Part shown: in pieces, positions 24,163 to 31,973 of the stretch | How positions within the stretch are numbered: position 1 is the first letter of the stretch | Layout of the letters: each line of letters opens with the position of its first letter | Origin: Candidatus Thalassarchaeaceae archaeon | GTDB taxonomy: Archaea > Thermoplasmatota > Poseidoniia > Poseidoniales > Thalassarchaeaceae | Reading direction: 5' to 3' | DNA length: 32,000 nt | NCBI GenBank assembly: GCA_045568075.1 | Contig: JBJLBP010000001.1 | Coordinates: 1,320,001-1,352,000, forward strand | The notes under the pieces: model-generated | Seen by the model: only the letters and a program-made list of their open reading frames with translations | What the model was told of the DNA's origin: nothing | The model's database searches: none | Program-made: the position numbers and the translations under genes

Positions 24163-26274
24163 TTATGTCTCCTTGAACTCATCCTTCATCGCACCGTCGC
24201 GGACTTTGACTGCGATACCTTTGGTGAAGAAAGCCATGTCATCGGCGGTTGCGTTGGCTATGCCATGGGCGACGAGATTTCCGTGAATGTCGACGACGAG
24301 GCAAGGTTGGCCGACTATGAGATGTGCGTCAGCGCCAAGGACGAATCCTTGGATGACATTTCGGCCCTTCCCCACGAATGGAATCGCATCGTCCATCAAG
24401 AGGACTCGTGGTATTCCAGGGTGGTCTGAATCGCTGGCCGTGATACCCTCATCAAATCGTGCTGGCGCTGTTGGGTTAAGTGCGTGTAGACGACGAGCGC
24501 CGATTAGGGTGAGCGAAAGTGCGCCGTCGGGCAATCTAGGAGATATACAGTGTTCATCACCAAAATTCACGTTGATCATGCGGTCGGTTCTCGAACGTCG
24601 GGCGGTCATTTCTTTGGTAAGAGAACAAGCATCTTCAGGAGCGATGGCACAGAGTAGTGAGAGTTTGTCAACAATAGCGCAGCGGTCAATCCACGTGCGA
24701 ATCGCTGCGCGGTTTTCAGCGCCGGCTTCGCCTTCGGGATCAGGCTGGCAGATGTGGATGTCGAGGGGAATGCCGCCAAGACCTAAATCATCGAGCCAAA
24801 CATCAATTTCATCCTCGTCGAGAATCATGTTCCAGAGAGATTCTGGGCAATCAATATGGCACCAAGGTGAGACGTCCTCAAGGGTGAATGGAATGAGGCC
24901 GACAGGAGTCGAAATGAGCACCACTGTGCGAGGTTCCTCGGCCAGTGCTTCGATTGCCGTGCCGAGCGCGGTATCGCGCCATGGAGGCCCTTCTCCGGTC
25001 AGAATTACGACGCGTTCAGGGGAATTCAAAGAGCCATCCCACCATGAACCAGGGCGACGCCATCGCATTGCCAGAAGAGCGTTGAGATGGAGTAGATGAG
25101 GGCGGCTGTCGATATCGTCGGAGAATTGCTCGGAAGAACCTCGAACTGGGTCGGTCGAGGCAATGGTCCTCAGCGAACTCTCGCCGACAGGTCCTTCTTC
25201 CGTTTCTTCGAATTGTTCAAGGATCCATTCGAAGGCTTCGCGCAGCCGCGGTGAGGCGTGGCTACGTTGTTCCGCGAGATGCCAAATGGTTCCATTTCGT
25301 ACTGCCTCGCGGCATCGAGCAAGCTCGGCTTGAGTAACCTCCAGATTGTGATGGGCGAGAAGAACGGAACGCTCGTTTCGATCCATCGCCCGCACCTCGG
25401 CTGGAGTGTGAGCGAATAGGGCAGCAGAGTGGGTTGGCCATTCGGTTAATCCTCCGATTTTGACCGTACCATTCGGTGTGAGAAGTCGGTCGTCACGCGC
25501 GAAAAGGGCGTAAGCTGCAGAATCGAATAAATCGACTCCAAGAGCAATGGACATTGGAAAGAGGAGTGGATGTCCGCAACCAAAGAGGTGAATTGGGCGG
25601 TTGGGAGGAATTGTCGCTCGGGCAGCGAGTAGAATCTCAAACAATTCGCGGTAGCGTTGGCGTTCCATCAACGGAACGATGCCGCCAATCGGATGCACAG
25701 CAAAGCCTCGATGCTCCCCCTCGACCTCGCACATCAATCGACCAGCCTCGGCGCGTAAATCTTCGTGTAATCCACCCTGCACGGGCCCGTTCAGCAAGAG
25801 ACCCTCACCTGCAGCCGCTAGTGAAGCAGGGGCACGGGCAGCGGTCTCTTCGACTGCATGCTCAATCTCCTCGCGACTCATGTCGGGCCGACCGAATACA
25901 TCGAGCATCGTCCCGACATCCACACCGATATCGCGCTGGAATTCTACTATCTCCTCAACACCAACCTCGACGTCGCCATAAACATACGATTGAAAGGTTC
26001 CAGAATCGGTCACGATAACTCCTGGATAGTCGAGCAGTGCGTGGATTCCATCTGCCAAAGCCGATTCACGTAACTTCTCGTGCTTCCAAGTCACGTAGGA
26101 ATTTGTGATTAGACCATTGACACGGTATTTCTCCCACATCTCTCGTGGCTCAATCGTGCGGATATTGGGGTTGATCACCGGCAGTAACATCGGCGTATCC
26201 AGCACACCATGCCGAGTGTGAAGGCGCCCCAAACGAGCCGCTCCGTCACGCACAGTCACCTCGAACTTGCCCAA
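24163..26274 (-). CDS. tgtA: archaeosine tRNA-guanine transglycosylase (ArcTGT) homologue with C-terminal PUA domain
   Basis: The N-terminus GKFEVTVRDGAARLGRLHTRHGVLDTPMLLPVINPN parallels Pyrococcus ArcTGT. Catalytic blocks VTDSGTFQ and LFGCGHPLLFPMSIALGVDLFDSAAY are present. The C-terminal PUA-like segment reads IPFVGKGRNVIQGFVLGADAHLIVGQPCLVVD...GIAVKVRDG. The start codon is TTG (26272-26274). The canonical CxCxxC zinc motif is missing (see findings). Confidence 0.85.
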   Translation of the reverse strand: MGKFEVTVRDGAARLGRLHTRHGVLDTPMLLPVINPNIRTIEPREMWEKYRVNGLITNSYVTWKHEKLRESALADGIHALLDYPGVIVTDSGTFQSYVYGDVEVGVEEIVEFQRDIGVDVGTMLDVFGRPDMSREEIEHAVEETAARAPASLAAAGEGLLLNGPVQGGLHEDLRAEAGRLMCEVEGEHRGFAVHPIGGIVPLMERQRYRELFEILLAARATIPPNRPIHLFGCGHPLLFPMSIALGVDLFDSAAYALFARDDRLLTPNGTVKIGGLTEWPTHSAALFAHTPAEVRAMDRNERSVLLAHHNLEVTQAELARCREAVRNGTIWHLAEQRSHASPRLREAFEWILEQFEETEEGPVGESSLRTIASTDPVRGSSEQFSDDIDSRPHLLHLNALLAMRWRRPGSWWDGSLNSPERVVILTGEGPPWRDTALGTAIEALAEEPRTVVLISTPVGLIPFTLEDVSPWCHIDCPESLWNMILDEDEIDVWLDDLGLGGIPLDIHICQPDPEGEAGAENRAAIRTWIDRCAIVDKLSLLCAIAPEDACSLTKEMTARRSRTDRMINVNFGDEHCISPRLPDGALSLTLIGARRLHALNPTAPARFDEGITASDSDHPGIPRVLLMDDAIPFVGKGRNVIQGFVLGADAHLIVGQPCLVVDIHGNLVAHGIANATADDMAFFTKGIAVKVRDGAMKDEFKET

Positions 26275-26384
26275 GTCCTGCGGTCTGCAGGGTTCGGGGT
26301 CAGGATCGGTTCGACACAGGCCACGGGCAAAGCCGCGCAGTCATCAATCCTCGCTCGCGCAAAAGCGGCAATTTCTGTGCACTT

Positions 26385-28217
26385 CTAAGCTACACGCGAG
26401 ATGACTCTCAGTTGCACCGATCCATCCTCAAGCGTCATCTCTACTTCATCGCCATCATTGATGGCAAGGGTTGGATCATCATCGAATCCGTGTGCGTAAG
26501 GAACGGCGAGCAGGCTCGCCGCGGGAAGTGTCAATGGACATACATCGCGATTCACAATCGCCCGCGGGCCCTTTCCTGTGTAGATTAAACCCATCAAGAC
26601 GAAGGGCGCAACAGTGGAACCAGAGCCCTTCGGGTAAATCAGAACAGTATCCTCGATGGCAATTCCATCAAGCGGATGCCCAGGTTCTTCGATAACTCCG
26701 GTATCACGGTTCACGTAGCCAAGGTAGGTAATCGGCACATCGCTAACCATCGCTTTTCCACTAACCTTCCAGTCACTCTGACTAGGAATACCATGCCCAT
26801 TCATCACAGCCTCTCCTGTCTGCCTCGTCTTATTCGTGGCCATCGCTTTGACGCCCTTTGCACCGAGAATAGGTCGTGCCCCGGTCACTAAATTAGGGTC
26901 AAATGCATGCGCCACACAATCCTCGATTCGTGCAACGCTTGTCGGTAAACGATTGAGACCACTCTTCAGATAATGCTCAGCCTTCAGTGAATTAGTCAAC
27001 AGATGATTGTACTTCGAGCGATTGTACGGAGTCACCTCCGGACAAGTATCTCGCAAAACCAGTGCACCAGCCTCCTCAAGTAGAGCCACAGTGCCATCAG
27101 CATCCAATAAATCGTAGTTGTAACCACTTGTGAAAACCCACAATCGACGGTCAGGAATCCGCTGGCCTAGTTCCATTCGAGCCCTAGCCGCCGCTGCGGT
27201 TGCTCGCACCTCGCCAACGCTTGCCTGCGGGCAACCAATCACAACAAGATCAACTGTCCCTGTCGGAGCTAGGTCAGCATAGCGCTCTGCCAGCTCCGCT
27301 TCACCAAAGACAAGTTCTCCCTCGAACGAATCAACCTCAGGGGCATCGGCTGTCAGGCCATCAGCCCACAGCATCGGACAGCCGTAATTCGCTGCAGCAG
27401 CGGTAAGCGCCTTGCGCACCTCGAAGTTTTCTTCAGCAGGCAAGCCAACTATTCGTGGCATCATCCCCCAAGGAAGATTCCAATCAGGTTTCAATTGCAT
27501 GCCAATCCAGTCACCTAATACCGACCAGTCAGCGAGATTTTCCATAGAGGCCTCGACTTTCACAAGAATATTCGGAATACGATTGTCTTCGATGTGAAGA
27601 CCCCATAGTGGAGCCCATCCAGTAAGAGCTGTGGCAAGGGCAGATAGACCGGATTCTCGGTTAGTCATCAAAGAAGTATAGGAATTAGAGTAACACACTG
27701 CATTTGATTCCGCCCAAGAGCCTATTCCAGACTCCATTTCGATCCCCCTATCGTATGGAGTGCAAGACAATGTAGCCTCAATTCCTAATTCGGAATATGC
27801 ATGAATAATTTCAAACTGGTATTCAAGGAAGTTTTCGTAATCAATTCCCATTTCTTCTATTTGTTCACGATCACAACCGGCCGAATTCAATGTAGTAGGA
27901 ATGGAAACCACTCCTTCGGAATCACCGGAGAGGTCTGAAAGAAAGCGCCTCAAACCGTGACCGCCAGTGATTACGCTAACGCCTGATACATGTGCGTGTT
28001 TACAACGGGTAAATTCGGATGCTCCTGCTGAGGCGGCTAGGTCAACAACCAATCTTGCGGCCTTTTGTTTGGTTGGGCCTTGCTCTCCGCTGAGCATCGA
28101 TTGCAGTTCAGGAGGTATCTCCACGCTGATGCCGCGGCAGCGACACTCCTTCAAAGCGTTGGGATTATTGTCAGCAGGTAAGCGAATTGAGCCTAGAGAG
28201 GCCGATAGCCTCAGCAA
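26385..28217 (-). CDS. aconitase X (AcnX) family dehydratase, fused DUF521 catalytic + DUF126 swivel domains
   Basis: DUF521-type blocks: LSGEQGPTKQKAARLVV, SWAESNAVCYSNSYTSLMTNRESG, VVIGCPQASVGEV and LRDTCPEV. The DUF126-type C-terminus reads ITYLGYVNRDTGVIEEPGHPLDGIAIEDTVLIYPKGSGSTVAPFVLMGLIYTGKGPRAIV. The start is uncertain: ATG 28217 (overlaps the NikR stop by 7 nt), GTG 28124 or ATG 28097. Confidence 0.7.
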   Translation of the reverse strand: MLRLSASLGSIRLPADNNPNALKECRCRGISVEIPPELQSMLSGEQGPTKQKAARLVVDLAASAGASEFTRCKHAHVSGVSVITGGHGLRRFLSDLSGDSEGVVSIPTTLNSAGCDREQIEEMGIDYENFLEYQFEIIHAYSELGIEATLSCTPYDRGIEMESGIGSWAESNAVCYSNSYTSLMTNRESGLSALATALTGWAPLWGLHIEDNRIPNILVKVEASMENLADWSVLGDWIGMQLKPDWNLPWGMMPRIVGLPAEENFEVRKALTAAAANYGCPMLWADGLTADAPEVDSFEGELVFGEAELAERYADLAPTGTVDLVVIGCPQASVGEVRATAAAARARMELGQRIPDRRLWVFTSGYNYDLLDADGTVALLEEAGALVLRDTCPEVTPYNRSKYNHLLTNSLKAEHYLKSGLNRLPTSVARIEDCVAHAFDPNLVTGARPILGAKGVKAMATNKTRQTGEAVMNGHGIPSQSDWKVSGKAMVSDVPITYLGYVNRDTGVIEEPGHPLDGIAIEDTVLIYPKGSGSTVAPFVLMGLIYTGKGPRAIVNRDVCPLTLPAASLLAVPYAHGFDDDPTLAINDGDEVEMTLEDGSVQLRVISRVA

Positions 28218-28639
28218 CAGCCCTTATCGCGTTGCGGTGAAACAAGAAATTCGACTCTGTCAACATCTGTTGTTTGTTTGAGTTCAGAAGTCATCTGTCG
28301 AATTGCTCCCACTCTGCCATTGAGTTGGATAGTATCCACACATGTGTGCGATGCTCGGAGACATGAATGATGGTAGGAGTGGATATGTACTCCAGCCATG
28401 TGACGGAATCTTTCGAGATCTTTTCCCGCTTCGTGCTGATAATACACGACCATTGTACCATCTACTTCCAATACATCGTCCATATCTGAAATATCCCCCA
28501 ACTTCATCAATTCAGCATACCTTATCGCCGCATCACGGAGGAATCTGCTACGGTTTGAGTAGCCGCTATCTCGCATTAGTTGGTCCAATTCACCTGCAAA
28601 CTCGCGGGTTGAGCTGAAGGAGACTATTGTGCTAGCCAT
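28211..28639 (-). CDS. nikR: NikR-family metal-responsive transcriptional regulator (RHH + ACT-like metal-binding domain)
   Basis: The ribbon-helix-helix N-terminus VSFSSTREFAGELDQLMRDSGYSNRSRFLRDAAI parallels E. coli NikR. The C-domain motif HIHSYHHSC (nt 28361-28387) has the same H-x-H-x5-C spacing as the E. coli NikR high-affinity Ni site (HVHINHDDC). Confidence 0.75.
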   Translation of the reverse strand: MASTIVSFSSTREFAGELDQLMRDSGYSNRSRFLRDAAIRYAELMKLGDISDMDDVLEVDGTMVVYYQHEAGKDLERFRHMAGVHIHSYHHSCLRASHTCVDTIQLNGRVGAIRQMTSELKQTTDVDRVEFLVSPQRDKGCC

Positions 28640-28649
28640 GAAAGTCGCA

Positions 28650-28687
28650 CTATAGATTAGTTAATAGCATTATTCAAATATCTAATA
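28650..28687. promoter_or_regulatory. AT-rich divergent promoter region with imperfect inverted repeat (candidate NikR operator)
   Basis: TAGAT (28652-28656) and ATCTA (28679-28683) form a 5-nt inverted repeat 22 nt apart. Flanking bases extend it imperfectly (cTATAGAT / ATCTAaTAG). An inner TAAT-agc-ATTA sits at 28661-28671. AAATATCTA (28675-28683) lies 21-29 nt upstream of the ZIP ATG, so it is TATA-like and compatible with a leaderless mRNA. The repeat is short and statistically weak. Confidence 0.3.
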
Positions 28688-28703
28688 GCGAGCGGGGCGG
28701 TCC

Positions 28704-29813
28704 ATGCAAACAGCACTGACAATGGCTGCAATCACCCTAGTTATCGCCCTAATATTCGGACTGATGCCAATAAAGAGCTCATCTTTCTACGACCAAAAAC
28801 GCTTGAAATCGATTACAGCAATTGCTTCTGGAATCATCATCGCCTCGGCATTGCTTGTTGTCGTCCCAGAGGGTTTTGAGTTAGCCACCGGCGAAGGTCA
28901 CGACGAACATGGGGACGATGCTATCGGTGGGGAGGTAGCAATAGTTCTCCTAGAACATGATGCAGGTGAAATCGATGAGGAAACTGCAATAGAGGAAATC
29001 GAAGCCTTGTTTGGAGATCATGAGGAACATGGTGAGGAAGAAGAGCATTCAGAATCTGAAGAGGGCGAAGAAAGTCTTTCTGAAGAAATCATGCATGTAA
29101 TTGAGGAAGTCGAAGATGGAGATATCGACGCAGCAACGGGGTTGGCTGAGATTGAAACCTTGGTTCTAGAACACGGGCATGAAGAAGAAGAACATGAAGA
29201 AACTCCAGTTGCAGTGTACGGTCTTGCGATTCTCCTTGGATTCCTTCTAATGTTGTTACTCGAGGCCAGCGGTGCCGGTCACGCAGTTCACGAAGAACAT
29301 CACGACCACACTGAGGAACACGGACACGGACATATTCACCATCACAAGGTTGGATGGACTCTAGTAGCCGGATTATCCTTACATGCAGCAGCAGATGGTC
29401 TTGCTATCGGCGCTGCAATTGCTTCCGGCGAATCTGCACTAACTTCAGCTGTAATAGCTGCTGTATTGATTCACAAAGCACCAGCAGCATTCAGTCTTGG
29501 TGTATTCTCAATGCATGAGAGAGAAAATGAGAGTCAAGCGATTAAGGATGTAGCACTATTCTCAGTAGCGACACCTCTAGCCCTTATCTTATCCTACCTA
29601 GCGCTAGCAGATATCGAATCTGCAACGCTTGGATTGGTTATGCTATTCTCTGCAGGTTCATTCCTCTATGTTGCCACAGTAGACACTCTACCTGACATTC
29701 ACAACCCAGAGACAGGTCGTGCCACAGTTGTTCCAATGTTGATGGGAATTGCATTAGTTGGCGTTCTACTGCTCTTAGCATCGCAAATGGGATGGTTAGA
29801 CCACGGTCACTGA
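28704..29813 (+). CDS. ZIP family (ZIP9/ZupT-like) divalent metal transporter with acidic and His-rich loops
   Basis: The ZIP signatures LSLHAAADGLAIGAA and LIHKAPAAFSLG closely resemble the ZIP9-subfamily motif as I recall it. A His-rich loop HAVHEEHHDHTEEHGHGHIHHH lies between TM3 and TM4. A ~108-aa Glu/Asp/His-rich insert lies between TM2 and TM3. Confidence 0.8.
   Translation: MQTALTMAAITLVIALIFGLMPIKSSSFYDQKRLKSITAIASGIIIASALLVVVPEGFELATGEGHDEHGDDAIGGEVAIVLLEHDAGEIDEETAIEEIEALFGDHEEHGEEEEHSESEEGEESLSEEIMHVIEEVEDGDIDAATGLAEIETLVLEHGHEEEEHEETPVAVYGLAILLGFLLMLLLEASGAGHAVHEEHHDHTEEHGHGHIHHHKVGWTLVAGLSLHAAADGLAIGAAIASGESALTSAVIAAVLIHKAPAAFSLGVFSMHERENESQAIKDVALFSVATPLALILSYLALADIESATLGLVMLFSAGSFLYVATVDTLPDIHNPETGRATVVPMLMGIALVGVLLLLASQMGWLDHGH
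28965..29195 (+). repeat. internal duplication of a ~27-aa acidic/His module inside the ZIP loop
   Basis: GEIDEETAIEEIEALFGDHEEHGEEEEH (aa 88-115) versus GDIDAATGLAEIETLVLEHGHEEEEH (aa 139-164). Shared pattern is G[ED]ID..T...EIE.L...H..H.EEEEH. Confidence 0.6.
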
Positions 29814-30529
29814 TCTGAGCGCTGTCTTTGTGCTTCAATAGCGACCGCGGATAGCGGAGCCTGTAAGTTGAATGAAGGAACGAATCCGGTCATTGGGATT
29901 CTAATTATTTCATCGACTTCAGACAAGACTTGCTCGCTGATACCTTCTCTTTCACCACCAACAATGAGGACAATGTTTCCAGTCAGATCAACTTCCCAAG
30001 GCGCATTTTCTCCAACGTCTTCAACTGCGATTATTCGGAATCCTGCCTCTTTTGCAGATTGAATGGAGTCAATAGCCTCACGCCAGAAAACAGGAATGAA
30101 TCTGTATGACTTCATCGAAGCGCGTTTTGCAGCGCTTCTTTTCTCGTTGTTGAGTGGCCCATCTACAATTACTGCATCTGCTCCCGAAACTTCTGCGGTT
30201 CGAATACAAAATCCGATGTTTACTGGATATTTTGCACCATCCAGCATCCAGATGAGTCCACCAGATTCTAGAACTTCCTCAAAGCTCGCAGAGGGATTTC
30301 TTCCTACCAATCCAAGAACATCTGGGGCACCATCAGAATTGTTTTTTGCCATCCGCCACAAATCGTTCTCTGAGCCTTCAATCACAGGAACATTCAACTT
30401 TTCAGCCATTGAAATAATATTTTCCACCGCCTGATTTTCGTGACCTCTCTTGACTAGAATCAACGATACTGAATCTCCCCTCTCGAATGCAACTCGAACC
30501 TCTTCGGTTCCACATAGTTGCATAGTCAC
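29807..30529 (-). CDS. SpoU/TrmH-family RNA 2'-O-methyltransferase with N-terminal L30e-like substrate-binding domain
   Basis: SPOUT motifs NIGFCIRTAEVSGADAVIV, IVLIVGGEREGIS and IIRIPMTGFVPSFNLQAPLSAVAI. The 3' end overlaps the ZIP gene 3' end by 7 nt (convergent). Confidence 0.75.
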   Translation of the reverse strand: MTMQLCGTEEVRVAFERGDSVSLILVKRGHENQAVENIISMAEKLNVPVIEGSENDLWRMAKNNSDGAPDVLGLVGRNPSASFEEVLESGGLIWMLDGAKYPVNIGFCIRTAEVSGADAVIVDGPLNNEKRSAAKRASMKSYRFIPVFWREAIDSIQSAKEAGFRIIAVEDVGENAPWEVDLTGNIVLIVGGEREGISEQVLSEVDEIIRIPMTGFVPSFNLQAPLSAVAIEAQRQRSDQ

Positions 30530-30538
30530 GAGAACCCC

Positions 30539-31351
30539 TCATTGACGATGTGTATTCTTGAATACGGGAATTGGATTCATCTTGTGCGAATTGGCTTTAT
30601 TGAAGCCCCGGTAAATTTCCAATACTTGCCTTTGGCGTTCTGTTAACTCCTCATCGCTAGAGTTTTCTTCATGCCTCATTGCCCATTCTAGTTCTGCATA
30701 AGTTGCACCGATTTGATCCTCATCTGTTCTACCGTCAGGCCACAGGCCATCTGTAGGTGCAGCATCTTGAATTTCCTGAATGATGCCGAGTGATTCTGCA
30801 ATTGCGTAAACTTCGGATTTCATTAGATCTGCAATAGGAGAAATATCAACACCGCCATCTCCGTATTTTGTGAAAAAGCCCACTCCGAAGTCTTCGACCT
30901 TATTTCCTGTACCTACAACAATACCATTTCTCAGACCTGCGAAATGGTACAAAGTAGTCATCCTAAGTCTAGCCTTGGCATTTGCTAGGGTAAGGTTTGA
31001 ACAATATTCTCCGAGCTCAATGGAAAATGCATCGAATACTTTTGTGAGATCGAAGGGTGAATATCGTGAATCAATATTCTCAAAATTTGATTCAAGCCAA
31101 GAAATGTGTTGATTCGCCAACGAAAATTGTTCTGGGTCTTGGTGAATTGGCATATTGAGCACAATCGTAGGAAGTCCAGTTCGAGCAGAAAGTGTCGATG
31201 TTACAGCAGAATCGATACCGCCAGAAACTCCGATTACTAGCGTTTCGATGCCGTTGCTGCGAGCATAATCACCAATCCATGCAGTAATCTCGTCAGCGAG
31301 ACCAAACATATCTTCCACGATCAAACCTCCTTCAGTGGCAAGCCATTCCAT
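30539..31351 (-). CDS. nadE: NH3-dependent NAD+ synthetase
   Basis: PP-loop VIGVSGGIDSAVTS, plus VVGTGNKVEDFGVGFFTKYGDGGVDISPI and the C-terminal FKANSHKMNP typical of NadE. An alternative start is ATG 31309. Confidence 0.88.
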   Translation of the reverse strand: MEWLATEGGLIVEDMFGLADEITAWIGDYARSNGIETLVIGVSGGIDSAVTSTLSARTGLPTIVLNMPIHQDPEQFSLANQHISWLESNFENIDSRYSPFDLTKVFDAFSIELGEYCSNLTLANAKARLRMTTLYHFAGLRNGIVVGTGNKVEDFGVGFFTKYGDGGVDISPIADLMKSEVYAIAESLGIIQEIQDAAPTDGLWPDGRTDEDQIGATYAELEWAMRHEENSSDEELTERQRQVLEIYRGFNKANSHKMNPIPVFKNTHRQ

Positions 31352-31973
31352 ATTTCTTCAAGCGCCAGTAATTGTATGGCCACGGAGTAATAAATCCAAC
31401 AATAAGCATGATTGGGATTACCCACCAAGTTAACATGGCTCCACCAGTCATCAAATAATCTGTAATATTCATAGCAGATTCCATGGCAATCATAGAGATA
31501 AATGACATGCCGATTGCTACTTTAAATCCTTCAAATAATCCCATTTGCTTGGATAAAATTGCAGTTTCAAGAGCAATTGAAGTCAATAATCCATTGATTA
31601 TTGCTAAGATCATGATGCTCATTGGACTCCACCCCGAATCCGTGAATACGAATTGGAACGCAGCAATAGTACCAAAGTCGCCAATTGAACAGCCGATGAG
31701 ACACCATTTCGTGTTGTGTGCACTCTGTTTCCAGACACTTCGGTCACCCCAGTGATAATCCTCGGCCTGACCATCGACCGTGTAGCCAATTGTCCGAACC
31801 GCTCCGGTCATCAAATCTCGCGATACACCTGAGTGTGAAACGATAGCAAAACCGGTCTCGTGCGATACCTCTGCGGAAGCAACTCCAGCCACACCCTCAA
31901 GCGCATCACGGACACGCCCTGCGCAGCCATCGCAAGTCATCCCGCCAACATCAAGCGTGACCGTCTCAGACAC
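31332..31973 (-). CDS. heavy-metal-associated (HMA) domain fused to a DUF4396-like membrane domain
   Basis: The N-terminal ferredoxin-like HMA has GMTCDGCAGRVRDAL (MxCxxC). Then comes a 4-TM domain with HNTKWCLIGCSIGDFG, ending in GMACH. I recall this as DUF4396, with moderate certainty. Confidence 0.6.
   Translation of the reverse strand: MSETVTLDVGGMTCDGCAGRVRDALEGVAGVASAEVSHETGFAIVSHSGVSRDLMTGAVRTIGYTVDGQAEDYHWGDRSVWKQSAHNTKWCLIGCSIGDFGTIAAFQFVFTDSGWSPMSIMILAIINGLLTSIALETAILSKQMGLFEGFKVAIGMSFISMIAMESAMNITDYLMTGGAMLTWWVIPIMLIVGFITPWPYNYWRLKKYGMACH

Noticed and set aside
24287-25099. 270-aa ORF on the plus strand
   Set aside because: It lies entirely antisense to the well-supported tgtA gene. 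The translation is Ser/Arg/Pro-rich and low-complexity with no motif. It is a typical shadow ORF.
26291-26317. tRNA-like GGTTCGA (T-loop-like) in the tgtA / AcnX spacer
   Set aside because: The flanking bases do not form a T-stem. No acceptor, D or anticodon arms could be drawn on either strand.
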